NCBI GenBank assembly: GCA_024679065.1 | Contig: JAGIQG010000018.1 | Location: 21,266,001 to 21,330,000, forward strand | From: Sphyrna mokarran | Taxonomy: Eukaryota | DNA: 64,000 nt | Direction of reading: 5' to 3' | In this document: positions 24,240 to 36,106 of the stretch, in pieces | How positions within the stretch are numbered: position 1 is the stretch's first letter | How the letters are laid out: the number at the start of each line of letters is the position of its first letter | The notes under the pieces: generated by a model | Database searches by the model: none | What the model saw: the letters and a program-made list of their open reading frames with translations, nothing else | What the model was told of the DNA's origin: nothing | Program-made: the position numbers and the translations under genes

Positions 24240-27040
24240 ACTAGGGGAAAGCTTTGCAAAACACCTTCGCTCTGCCTGCAAGTTTGACCCCAACCTTCTG
24301 GTCACTTGCTATTTGACCTCAACGTTTTGCTCTTATGTCCATCCTTGGCCCGCTGCAATGCTTCAGTGATGCCCAAAGCGAACTGGAGGAACAACACTTC
24401 ATCTTCTAATTAGACATGTTACATTGTTCTGGATTGAACACTGATGTCAATAACTTTAGACTGTGAACTTCCCTCCGTCTTGACACCCCCCCCCACTCTT
24501 TACCCTTGGTTTGTCCCAATGCAAACATAACTTTTCCCCACCATACATCACTTCTTTTCAGTTTTGCTTTTCAGTGAACGCTGACCTCTTCTTTGAAAAC
24601 GTTCTGATATCTTACCTTTATGCCACACTAATCACTGCAAGGAATTGACGAATAACAAAGCAAATAAACGAACAGGAGGTTTATTTTGGAAAAATAGCTA
24701 TATATAGGACAGTGAGAAGAAAGCTCAAACAACAAATCAACTCCAGCTGTCAAACAATCACGTCTCTGTGATACGCCCAATGGTCCCATTGGTCATGTGG
24801 TCCCAATAACCTATACCCACCAATCACGCCCCACCCCCCCCAAACACCATCACATCTCTTCTTTAATTTCTTAATAAATGTTTTACAATAACAATAAAAC
24901 TATTTATAATGTTACACCACAAAGGGACTGGATGTTAAGCAGTCTTCCAGGGATCCAATATTACCTAGAAAATATCTTGGTAACAGGTTCCATAGATGAA
25001 GAATACTTGCAGAACTTGGAAGAGATGTTGAAGAGACTTTAGGAACATAAGCTGCAGATTAGGAAAAAGAAGTGAGGTTCTTAGGGACTCTGTCAAATAT
25101 TTAGGAAATGTTATCAACGTGGGAGAGTCACATAAAGTAGCAAAGAAATTGGGGGCCATTATGAAGGCATGAGATTGTAATACATATCCCAGTTGAGCTC
25201 CTTCCTGGAACTCATAAACTATATAGGCAAATTTGTGCCTAATTTGGTGACAATACTGAAATCACTGCATCAGTTATTGATGAAGAGGCAAGTATGGAAA
25301 TGGGTGCCGAAGTGAGTCCTTGCTCATTTTAATCTGAGATTAAGCACTTTAGCTGGCCTGTATTGTCTTGCCATGTGGCGTGAGAGCGGTTCTGTTCTTT
25401 GTGATGGCAAGTGGGGAAGATAGGCCCTTCCTCACTTCCCTAGATGCATTTGCATCTAGGTCACTCTCTAAATTGGAAGAAAACTATGTGCAAGTAGAGA
25501 AGGAGGCACTATATTGGTATTACAAAATTTCATTACAATTTGTGTGGCAGGCAGTTTATCTTACTGGTTGACAACAGACCACTGTTGCAGTATCTATCTT
25601 CATTTTTAGTAGTCATCCATTCACCATTAATACAATTACAATTGGGGTTGACTTGCTCATTTTAGTATTGTTTATTTTGTATATTTCAGTTTCTTCTTTG
25701 GAATTATTTTTAAATTATACTCTGGAGTCTTTTATGTGCTCCTTGTTTAGCTTTGTTTCGCTCTGCATTTAAGCTAATACACTGCCTCTTGTTTCAGGCA
25801 AAACAAGTTACAACTTTAAATTTACACCTCTCCTGAGGGTGCTGTCAACCATACGGCTAGCATTCTTCTCAGTTCTTGGTCTGCAGAGCGGACATTCTGT
25901 ATCTCTATTCCGTGTCTTGCTTGTTGCTCTGACTCTCAGCTTTCAGAGCCCTCGTCCCTGATGCCACAATTCCCTGAGATTTCTCACCAAAGTTGGTTGA
26001 CCTCATCTAGTTGCATGCTTTTAACTCTAATACACCTTTCTCAGTGCTTTCTGTAGCCTGAGCAATCTTTAACACTCTTGTTGAGGTAAGCCCTGTCTCT
26101 GTTAATAACTTTTTTGTATGATAAGGTTATTCACATCACAAACCAATCCATCTCTCAACATTTTGTCAAGTGTCAACCTGAATTCACATTGTTCAGCTGT
26201 ATAAACCATGCCATGGATGCTGCTAATGCCAACCTGGATTCTTATTGTAGAATTAAATTTATATCACTCCATTATTACCAATAGTTTTGAATGATGGTGC
26301 TCTTTGTTCAGCCAGCTGCTCAAATGTTTTTGTATCTGAGGCCTATGGAGAAATCAGACTTTGAATTAGATGGTAAGTCCAAGCTGTGCAGGCTGTCATA
26401 AGGAATACCTACTGCGTTTCCTTCCCTAGGGTCAACTGCCCCCCACTATTTCATTAGCCCCCAAAATTAAGGCATTTTGGCGTTAAAAATTTGTTGCAGT
26501 ACTATTTCTTAAAAGGACGTGGTGCCTCAAGGACTGTTCTCCCAACTTGTAGCAAATAACAGAAAAAAGTTCCACTTTATCTCGTTGCTAACTGTAATGA
26601 CGGTAATGCATTAACAAACAACAAGGAAAGTAAAGAAAGAGGTTCAGTTTGGAAAAACATTAATAAACATAGGACAGCGATAAGAAAGCTGACCTTCAAC
26701 TATCAAACAATTGCCTCTCCGTGATTGGCCCGATGGATTACATGAACCCAATAACTCTCACTCCCTTCACAAAGTCACCATAGTCACTAAAACACTTTTT
26801 TTAGTCTTTAATGCCACCATTAACACCCTCTTTGTCATGTCCATGATATCTTTTTCAATCTCTCCAGAGCACCGACAGACCCCAACCTTCTATTCTGTCC
26901 CCCACTATACAATTCATGACATTACTACCCCTCTTCAGTTCTGTGGAAGAGTCGTATGGATTTGAAACGTTAACTCTTGTTTGTCTCTCCACAGATGCTG
27001 CCAGGCCTGCTGAGTTTATTCAGCATTTTCTGCTTTTGTT
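24240..27040 (+). mobile_element. Penelope-like 3' fragment (~24240-24630 and ~26790-27040) split by a Gypsy insertion
   Basis: GIY-YIG-tail-like ELEEQHFIF*L...GLN near 24380-24460; terminal sequence with a degenerate hammerhead-like core at 26937-26975. Confidence 0.6.
24636..26790 (-). mobile_element. Decayed Gypsy LTR element, LTRs ~24636-24853 and ~26593-26790
   Basis: Similar direct repeats, a PBS-like TAGCAACGAG next to the right LTR on the - strand, and gag remnants on the - strand. RT/RNase H remnants (YLENILVTG, FASRSLS..E.NY.Q.EKEAL) lie on the + strand. Confidence 0.7.
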
Positions 27041-27172
27041 TAAAAATATTGTTGTGAATGTGAGAATTACTTCTGACTGAAATATATGTTCTGCCTCCTT
27101 ATATCTTTTATTTTTAATTTTAATCTGACTGTCCTCGCACTGATCACTTGGTGATTCTTTACTCTCTTTTAG

Positions 27173-27332
27173 AGAGGAAATGGGTTCTGTCCAGCGTGAG
27201 TTGCAGGTTCTCTCAGAACAGTACTCACACAAGTGTTTGGAAAACTCCCATCTGGCTCAAGCACTAGAGGCTGAACGACAGGCACTTCAGCAGTGTCAGC
27301 GTGAAAATCAGGAGCTAAATGCTCACAACCAG
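27173..27332 (+). CDS. MPRIP: MPRIP exon EEMGSVQRELQVLSEQYSHKCLEN...ELNAHNQ
   Basis: ttttag|AGAG ... AACCAG|gtaaca; phase 2/0. Confidence 0.96.
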
Positions 27333-27759
27333 GTAACACATATATTGCTAAAAGGATCACGGAACTAAACAGCTAGAGGTAAGAGTACAGAATTACCAGA
27401 ATACAATGAAGATTGGATGTGATTTTGCGATTAAAGTGACCATTGGCCTCTGTGTCTCTGTACCGGGAATGAGAAAAGTCATCCAAAATTCCTATTCTTA
27501 AGCATTATTCACAGATTTCTGCAAGATGTGTTGTAAAAGCAGGATTAGCTGATTATTATTGGCGGAATCATAATACCCTGAATAAGTGGCTTCAGAGGAT
27601 AGAAGAAAGGAGTAAGGAAAAATAAGGAAAATGTTTGAAGCCTGTTGCCTCAGCTTTTAATTCTCCTGATGAATTTTCCAGAGCTGTAAAACATGTAGAA
27701 TGATTATTCCTGTGGTATTACAAGATGCCAGCTGTTGTCCCAATCTAATTATTTTACAG

Positions 27760-27879
27760 GAGCTAAATAACCGCCTGGCTGCGGAATTTGCAAGGTTAAG
27801 AGCGCTGGTTACTGAGGAGGGAAAGGGAGAGGATGCTGGTTCACCCCACTCACTGGGAAAAGATGTCTATGAACTGGAG
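27760..27879 (+). CDS. MPRIP: MPRIP exon ELNNRLAAE...GKDVYELE (GC donor)
   Basis: ttacag|GAG ... CTGGAG|gcaagt; 120 nt, phase 0/0. Confidence 0.92.
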
Positions 27880-28209
27880 GCAAGTATCATTCCTTCTTGC
27901 TGGAGGAGGTTGCATGTAAACAGTGGCTTCATTTTACCTTTCTGATGATTATTGGGTGATGCAGTTTAAATATCTGCTATCTGAACTGGGGAGGCCAAAA
28001 GAGTGAACAATTACTGTTCGCACCGAGAATCAAAACATCACGTGTATACCGTACGCTTGTACTTCCGACCTTATGTTTTCACGCAAGCTCTTCTGCATTG
28101 CGCGTTTCCTTTCTTTGTTCCTTCTGCTTCTGAGTACCTTGAGCAAATCATACAGTCAAGATCGCAGTTAAAATGACAATAAAGTTTCTATCTTTTGCTA
28201 AATTTCCAG

Positions 28210-28296
28210 GTTTTATTGCGGGTCAAAGAATCTGAAATCCAGTGTCTGAAACAAGAAATTAATTCTCTAAAGGATGAACTGCAGACTGCACTGAGG
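28210..28296 (+). CDS. MPRIP: MPRIP exon VLLRVKESEIQCLKQEINSLKDELQTALR
   Basis: ttccag|GTT ... CTGAGG|gtgagt; 87 nt. Confidence 0.96.
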
Positions 28297-28399
28297 GTGA
28301 GTGAATGCAGATGGGCAAGAGAAATCTCAATAACTCTATATAAAAATAAAACATGTATTTTTGAGTTCCTCGCTATAGGGCAGATGTAACAATAAATGT

Positions 28400-29260
28400 A
28401 TTATTTGTTCTTGGAATACTGTTGTCACTGGCCAGCATTTATTGCTCATCCCAAATAGTCCTCCAGAAGATGGTAGCGAGCCCCCTTTTTGAGTTTTTTT
28501 TGAGCTGCAGTTCATATAGTGTAAGTACACCAGAGCTGGTAAGCAGGAAATTCCAGGATTTTGATCCAGCAACAGTGAAGAAAACAGTGAAGATAGTTCC
28601 AGATCAGTATGGTGTGAAACCTGGAGGGAAGTTAGAGGTAGTGGTGTTTCCCTGCAACTGCTGCCCTTGCACATCTAGGTGGTAGAGGTCATGGTTTTGG
28701 AACGTGTTGTTGAATGAATCTTAGCTGCAGTGCACCTTGTAGATGGTGCACACTGCCACTATGCATTGTAGTGGGAACAGTGCCATTTAAGCAGATTGCT
28801 TTGTCATGGATGTTGTTGGAACTGCACTCATCCAGGCACATAAAGAATATTCCATCACACTCCTAATTTACGTTTTGAGAGTCAAGAGGCGAATTAGTTA
28901 TCACACAATTTTCAGCCTCTGACCTCAATATTTAATATGGCTGGTCACTGGCATCCCCAGGATGTTGATGGTGAGAGATTTATCAATGATAGTACGTTGA
29001 AAGTCTTGGGGAAATTGTTAGATTGTCTCCTGTTGGATATGGATATTGCCTGGCATTTGTATGGCATAAATATTGCCCTTATCAATCACTGAATGTTGTC
29101 CAGTTTGGACACAATTTCAATAAGTGAGGAATTGAACATAATGCAATCATCAGCAAATATCTCACATCTCACTTCTCGCTTACGCTAGAGAGAAGATCAT
29201 TGATTAAGCAGCTGAAAATACTAGAACTCAGGACAGTACTCTGAGAAACTCCTGTAGCAA
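28400..29260 (-). mobile_element. Old CR1/L2-clade LINE 3' fragment
   Basis: Colinear with the copy at 9888-10950 (GGCCAGCATTTATTGC end). Confidence 0.75.
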
Positions 29261-29945
29261 ACAAATTGCAATAATATCAAGAGTCTGAGACATATAGACA
29301 TATTGGAGAAACTGATGCTGATTTTTTTGGAAATTTTAAATATTCAAAATGATAAATGAAATTGATGAAGTAAACAAAACCAAAGAGACATGCTTTGTGA
29401 TCTTAAGCATGACATAAAGAGGGAGATGTTTGAATGTAACTAGTGGCAATTATGCTAAATTAGTTACAGCATTCAGAAAAATGTGGTTAATTCATTGAAT
29501 ATCAAGTAGCATGGGATTGTGTGAAATGTGTGTCAAGAGCAATCTAAATTCAGCAAGGGCAGTAAGGATTGGCTGATTTCTGCTTGTGCTAAAAAATGTT
29601 TTTTGTGGGCATGGTGACCAGTGATTCAATCTTCTAATTCCTGCTAAGGAGAACTCTGTGTTCATACTATAGAGTATTCTTATTGATATTAATATCCTGC
29701 TAGAAGTCAGTAACTTCTTTAGTGCCCTATTTATTGGCTGTATCTCTGCTGATCTTAATCCAAAATACTCTAACTCCTTGTTTCCTAAGACATTATCACT
29801 TGTCATAGTTTTGAATAATTCTCTAGAAAATCAAAACAAAATGTACATTGATAATTTTATTCTTGATAAAGTTTGATTTTTCCTTTAGAAGGCATCCTGT
29901 ATACTAAATCAGTCAATTTAATTAATGTATGTTTTTTTTTGTAAG

Positions 29946-30105
29946 GATAAAAAGTATGCTACAGATAAGTATAAGAGCATCTACACAGAGCTGAGCATCG
30001 TTCGAGCAAAGGCTGACTGCGATGTCAACCGGCTAAAAGAACAACTAAAAGCTGCTACAGAAGCTCTGGGAGAAAAGACAATAGACTGCTGTGTTACTAG
30101 CTATG
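29946..30105 (+). CDS. MPRIP: MPRIP exon DKKYATDKYKSIYTELS...ALGEKTIDCCVTSY
   Basis: tgtaag|GAT ... TATG|gtaaag; phase 0/1. Confidence 0.96.
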
Positions 30106-30194
30106 GTAAAGATGTGGGAAACATGTATAACTCTTTTTATGTTAAAATTCAGAAAGGTATAATTTGTTAAAACATATTTATTAGTTGGGCAGCC

Positions 30195-32860
30195 AATTTC
30201 TCCCTCCTGTGAACGTATACATTCCCCTTAAGAGAGGCAAGATATTTACTTGTGAAGGTAAATGTTATGGAGAAGGGTGGGGAATTGGATTCATCAGATA
30301 AGATGAATTTTTTGACAGGAAAAACAGTAGCTGAACGATGAGCTATCTTCAAAGAAAAGATGCTTTTGCCACAATCAAGGTATATTCCTTCAAAGGCGAA
30401 AGGTAGGGTAAACACATCTAAACCGTATTGGATGATACGGTGGAAATTAAGATAAAGAAAACGTAAGCTTACGACAGACATAAGATAGAAAATACAACCG
30501 AGAACCAGGTTGAATAGAGATTCAGAGGGTGAGTGAAAAAGCAAATAAGGAGTATGAAAAGAGACTGGCAGCTAACATAAAAGGGAATCCTAAAGTCTTC
30601 TATGAGGCATATATAGTAAAGATGAGGTAAATGGAGAAATCAGGCCGATTAGAGACCTAAAAGGGTATTTAAAAATGAAGGCAGGCATGTGAATGAGGCA
30701 TTAAATGAATACACCAAGATGATGCTACCCAGACCATCGTGAAGAGAAGGCAATTCAGACACTTCGAAGGATTTACAATTAACAAGGAGGAGATATTAGA
30801 CAAGGGTCCATAGGACTCTTAAATCGGCCTCGCAGGTGGAGGAAGTGGTCAAGGAGGTGTACGGTGTACTGGCCTTCATTAATCGAGGAATAGAGTTTAG
30901 GAGCCAGGAGGTAATGATGCAGCTCTATAAGACTCTTGTCAGACCCCAGTTGGAGTATTGTGCGCAGTTCTGGTCGCCTCATTATAGGAAGGATGTAGAG
31001 GCTATTGAGAGAGTTCAGAGGAGATTTACAAGATGCTGCCTGGATTGGGAGGCAGGCCTTATGAAGATAGGTTGAGGGAGCTGGGACTCTTCTCACTGGA
31101 GAGACGTAGGTTGAGAGGCGACCTGATAGAGGTTTATAAAATGTTGAGAGGAATAGATAGGGTGGACTCTCAGAGACTATTTCCCCGAGCTGAAATGGTC
31201 ACTACGAGAGGACACAGATTTAAGGTGCAGGGAAGCAAATACAAAGGAGATGTCGGGGTAGGTTTTTCACTCAGAGGGTGGTGAGTGAATGGAACCGACT
31301 GCCGTCGGAGGTTGTTGAGGCAAACTCACTGGGGTCTTTTAAGAGACTTCTGGATGAGTATATGGAAAAGAATAGGATAGGGGGTTATAGATAGGTCTGT
31401 GGATTGGTAGATGTGATTGGCGCAACTCATGGGCCAAAGGGCCTGTTTGTGCTATATTGTTCTATGTTCTAAGCTGTCTATACTTAAAGTTAACAAGGCA
31501 ATTTGAGCAGATGAGGTGCATCTAAGAATATGGAGGGATGTGAGAGTGAAAACTGCAGACACCAGCCATAATTTTTCTGCCTTTTTAGGCTGAGGTGGTA
31601 CCAGAGGACCAAAAAAGGTGCAAGGATAAGCCCAGAAACTCTGGGTAATTAGTTTAACGTAAGTGATGGGAATCTTCTAGAAACTGTGATTCAGGATAGA
31701 ACTAAAAGTGGAGTTCCCCCAGGTTGGTTTGGAACCCTTGCTTTTTCTGATGTACATTAATGATCTAGACCTTGATGTACAGGTAATAATTTCAAAATTT
31801 GCAGACAATATATAATAATCTTACTGAGGTCAGTTTCCCAATACCAATCACCTTTTCATTTGCAGTGATACCTGAACGCCTTTCAATGGCTACAGAGTGC
31901 AGATTGCTCCTGAGTCTCTCAACTGCTGGTCTGAGTAGAGCTAGCTGATTTTAAACCCCCTGTTGCTCCTTCCCTTTGAGTGAGCGTTCACTCACCTCAT
32001 AGAGGAGCTCATATTCACCAGACCTAAGGGAAGATCTGTTGATGATCCCATCATAATGCAATACAAAACTTGGAAGCACTGTAAACTGTGAGGAGGACTG
32101 TGTAAAGCTTCAAAAGGAGATAAACAAATTGGTGGAATGAATGGATATTCAATATAGGGAAAAATGAGGTGATATAATTTGGTTGGCAAATGGAGCAACA
32201 TGGAGGGATAGTATAAAAATAAAGGTGATGCAAGAGCAGAGGGACTTGGCTGTATATGTTCATAATTCATTATAAGTGGCAGGACAAATTAAAAGAGTAG
32301 TTAATGAAACAAACGGTAACCTAGGCTTTACAAGTAGGGGCAAAGAGGTTATGTTGAACTTAAACAGAGACACTAGTTAGACTGCGGTTGAAATATTGTG
32401 TCTGGGTGCAGCAGTTTAGGAAGGATGTGCAAGTATTGGAGAGAGAGTGCAGAAATGATCACGAGAATGGTTTCCAGGATGAGGAACTTTATAGATTAGA
32501 AATGTTGGGCTCTTTTCTTAGAAAAAATAAAACTAAGAGGTTTGATAGAAATATTAAGAGTAGACAGGGAGAAACTGTTCCTACTCATGAAAGAATTGAG
32601 AACAAGAGGGCATAGATTTAAAACAGTTGACAAAATAAGCAATAGCAATATGAGGAAAAAAATTCACTTTGGCTAGTTAGGGTCTGCAATGCACTGTCTG
32701 AGTGTGGTGGAGGCAAGTTCAATTTGAGGCATTCAAGAGGGAATAAGACAAATATTTGAAAAGAACCAATCTGTAGATTTATGACGAGAAGGCAAGAGAA
32801 TGGCACTTGATGAAATGCTCATTGAGAGAACTGGTGCAGACATGATGGGCTGAATGTGAA
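30195..32860 (+). mobile_element. Old CR1 LINE interrupted by a younger CR1
   Basis: LAANIKGNPKVFY, GVPPG...LFLMYINDLD and LKYCV remnants. Confidence 0.75.
30803..31470 (+). mobile_element. Young 5'-truncated CR1 LINE
   Basis: LVRPQLEYCAQFWSPHY and LFSLERRRLRGDLIEVYK; TTCTATGTTCT tail. Confidence 0.93.
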
Positions 32861-33277
32861 GAAGCTGCCATGGTTACCAAAAATGGTAAAGTATGCTTGA
32901 CAGGCACAATGGCTTCCTTTCTCTTCCTTTTTCTTATATTCTTCTCCACGCTGCATAGGTAGTTATCATAAATTGTTGCATTTTGGTATTGTAAGTGCCA
33001 GCTAGTGTAAGGAATAGAGTAAGTACACAACAGAGGTTAGTAAAGTTGTATTTATCTACCTTTGCCTTCTCAGTATTAAGCAATGCTCTGGGCATAGTTC
33101 CCAGCTCATGTTTTTTTTGTTCTAATTTCTTGTATATGTTTCTCTTGATGCTGGAATATGCAGTTGTACTTCAGTTCAACAGACTAATTACCCTCTAAAG
33201 TTTTTTCCACATATTATTGCAGTTTAAATGTTTGTGAGATCACTAACTATTATTGTCTCCACTAATTCCACTGCCAG

Positions 33278-33363
33278 ATATCATGAAGTCAAAAAGTAAC
33301 CCAGATTTTTTGAAGAATGACAAGCCAAACAGTCGCAGATCTGTGAGGACCCTGAGGTCAAAA
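33278..33363 (+). CDS. MPRIP: MPRIP exon DIMKSKSNPDFLK...LRSK
   Basis: tgccag|ATATC ... TCAAAA|gtgagt; phase 1/0. Confidence 0.96.
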
Positions 33364-33689
33364 GTGAGTGTTGAACCCTCTATGCTCTTTGAGCAATGAA
33401 TGAGTGGACTTTTACAGTTTTGCATGTTTTCACTCCTCTGACTGTGGAAATTCAAGTAATTAATCCCTAATAAACAAACAGCATGCAGAATGGTGGGAAA
33501 TGGGGTTCTGAGTCGATGGGGAGAGAACCAAACTGAACTATTGACAAATGGTCCTCATTTTATGAATAGTGTGTGTAAGTCCAGTTAAGTTGAGCAGAGC
33601 TATATTTAAAATATTAGAATAAACATTGTTATTTGATGCCAGCTGCATCAGTGGGTTTCACTCAGAACCTCAACTAAAATTTATATCAG

Positions 33690-34340
33690 GCTTCACGCTT
33701 TCAAGGTACAAAACTCCCTAGGATCTTAAGAAATAGTGGATACATTGTTTTGATCATCTAGAATTTTCTAGATATTAGAGTGTTTCAAGTGGACTGGGAA
33801 GGAGCAAATGTAACTCCGCTATTCAAAGGAGAGAAGATGAGGAACTATATGGTTGGTTGGCCCTACAAGTAGCATGGAAATGCTAAAGTCTATAATTAGA
33901 GTCACCGTGGCCACAGAACACTTAGAAAATCATGATTGCATTGAGTAAAGTTGGCACAGACTTACAAAAAGGGAAATGATGTTTGACAAATCTTAGTGGT
34001 TTCTGAGGTTATTTCCAAAACATAAAGGTAATCAATTGATGTAGTGCATTTGATTTTTCAAAATGGTGCCACTCAAAGAAACTAACTCAAAGACTCATTG
34101 TAATCCTATTTCCTAGCACTATAGCCTTGCAGGCTACCACATTTCTGATGCAGATCTAGATATCTTGTAAATGAACTGAGTGTTTCAGCCTCAACCACCA
34201 ACTTGGACAGTGAATGCCAGATGTCTACCACTCTCTGGGTGAAAAAGATTTCCCTCAAGTTCCCTTGAAATTCTTCCACCTTAAATCTATGCTCCTCCAT
34301 TTTGTACACGTTAATTAGATCACTGCTTAGCCTCTTCTGA
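33690..34340. mobile_element. CR1 fragments in both orientations
   Basis: ANVTPLFK and CLTNL remnants on +; FFTQRVVDIWHSL on -. Confidence 0.65.
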
Positions 34341-34859
34341 GGAAAACAACCTGTAATGATGTTCATACTAGTTGCATTTCTCCCAAGCAGTTTTTATGAG
34401 CATAATCTAATGTACCTGCTGTATTGTAAAACGACAGGACTAAGTGTGACTTTATTGCTGCCTTGTGTAGATTCATCATCACTCCCTAAGATTTGCACTC
34501 TTTCCTTTTGGTTATGCATCCTGAGATGCAGTTAGCTTTTCTGTTGTTGCATGTTATGCTGTTAGTACTAGGAAACTACTTATCAATATTCCTCAATCTT
34601 TCTTTTGCATTGCATTGTAAAGCCTCAAGGTGTTTGCATCTCCAATGCTTCTTTTGCCCAGTCATTGTGTTGTATGTGTTCATGCAGTGACATTGCCACA
34701 AAACACTTCATTCTCTCAGATTCCTTTGCAAAATAATGGAGAGAATTTTCCCTCATAAAATGGCACCCAAATGCAATATTTGTTTTTTGTGAACACGTTT
34801 TAGGATGGTATTAGTGTTCAATTCTATGTAGAATGTGACTCATGCCTTTGCGTATTTAG

Positions 34860-34897
34860 ACAAAACACAGCCTTCAGTTACAGTGGGAAACTGAGTA
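34860..34897 (+). CDS. MPRIP: Candidate MPRIP alternative penultimate micro-exon (TKHSLQLQWETE*)
   Basis: tttag|ACA ... GAGTA|gtgagt. In frame after RSK; TA plus the A that starts the next exon forms TAA. Positionally similar to the mammalian SVIEQVSWDT* exon. Confidence 0.45.
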
Positions 34898-36046
34898 GTG
34901 AGTGAATCACTTATATATAGGAAATTGAATTGTTCTATCAGTTTATACAATGCAATCTGCATGCAATTGTATGAAATTATGTGGTGCATTGTACCCCAGT
35001 AAGCATTTGTACACAGAATGTTCATTCTTATTAAATCAAAATTTATAACTGGCTATTTGCAGGGTCCAGTGATACTTAGTTGGAAGAATGAACGCATAAA
35101 AACAATTATATACAAAGCATGGAATATTTCAGCATGTGTGGTTCTACCAATGTTAAATGAGAGGTGGATTTTACAGCCTCGCTCAACCCAAGACTAGAAA
35201 ATCCAGTCCAAGGTCACCGGACATTTCCATTGTCCACCCCTCACCTACTCTGATTCTGTGGCAGGCGGGGTGGTAGAATTCCGGTGATGCAGTGAGATTA
35301 ATATTGTAGGACTCCACAATGTGGAGATTTAAACATTGAAGCAAATGTGTCATTCATGCTTGCCACTTTTTATTTAGTTTTATTCTTTTACAGGATGTGG
35401 GTGCTGCTGGCTAGGCCAGTATTTATTGCCCACCCCTAATTACCTAATGGCAGGATTCAATGGTGGGGAAGCTCTTGGAGAAAATACTGAGGGACAGGAT
35501 ATATGCATATTTGGAAGAAAATAGCAGCATGATTTTGTTTGGAGAAGGTCATGTCTCACCAACTTGATTGAGTTTTTTGATAAAAATAATTGATGAGGGA
35601 AGCGCTGTGGATGTAATAAAGAGACCTCCACCACCCAATGGTAACAAGGCCCGCCAAGGTATATCTGGGCGACAGACGAGGATGCAATAACGGAAAGTTT
35701 GCAACAGCAGCCCATACAGGAAACGCCTCCATGCGCTGGAAAAGGGCACAGAAGACATTTCTGTGAGGCACCTGACTCAAAAAAGAGGGCAGAGGCTTTG
35801 GGCCAATGTGGAATTCCTATGGTAAATTTTGAATAGACAAAAACATGTGCACAGTGCATAATTTCTGTATAAGGAATGGATTTGCTCCATATATTACATA
35901 ATGTATTACACCCAATAATTTAACTAGGATATTTATTCATTGACTGTAATCCTATTAGTATTCTGGATAAAAACAAGCATCCTGTTTGGTATGAATAGGA
36001 CTGACCAAAATAACCACATGGATAAATTGTTTCCTTCTTCCTCTAG

Positions 36047-36106
36047 AGTCTGAAAGAAGGTCTCACAGTGCAAGAACGGATGAAGCTCTTTGAACCCAAG
36101 GAATAG
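36047..36106 (+). CDS. MPRIP: MPRIP terminal coding exon SLKEGLTVQERMKLFEPKE*
   Basis: ctctag|AGTCTG; TAG at 36104-36106; resembles the mammalian C-terminus SLKEGLTVQERLKLFE. Confidence 0.96.
   Translation, partial: SLKEGLTVQERMKLFEPKE

Noticed and set aside
27990-28130. Small CpG-rich patch in the GC-AG intron
   Set aside because: It is short and has no recognisable RNA gene or ORF; probably a small repeat fragment that I cannot assign.
35160-35285. Short element with imperfect inverted ends (GGATTTTAC...GTAGAATTCC)
   Set aside because: Possibly a MITE remnant, but it is single-copy here and the termini are too short to call.
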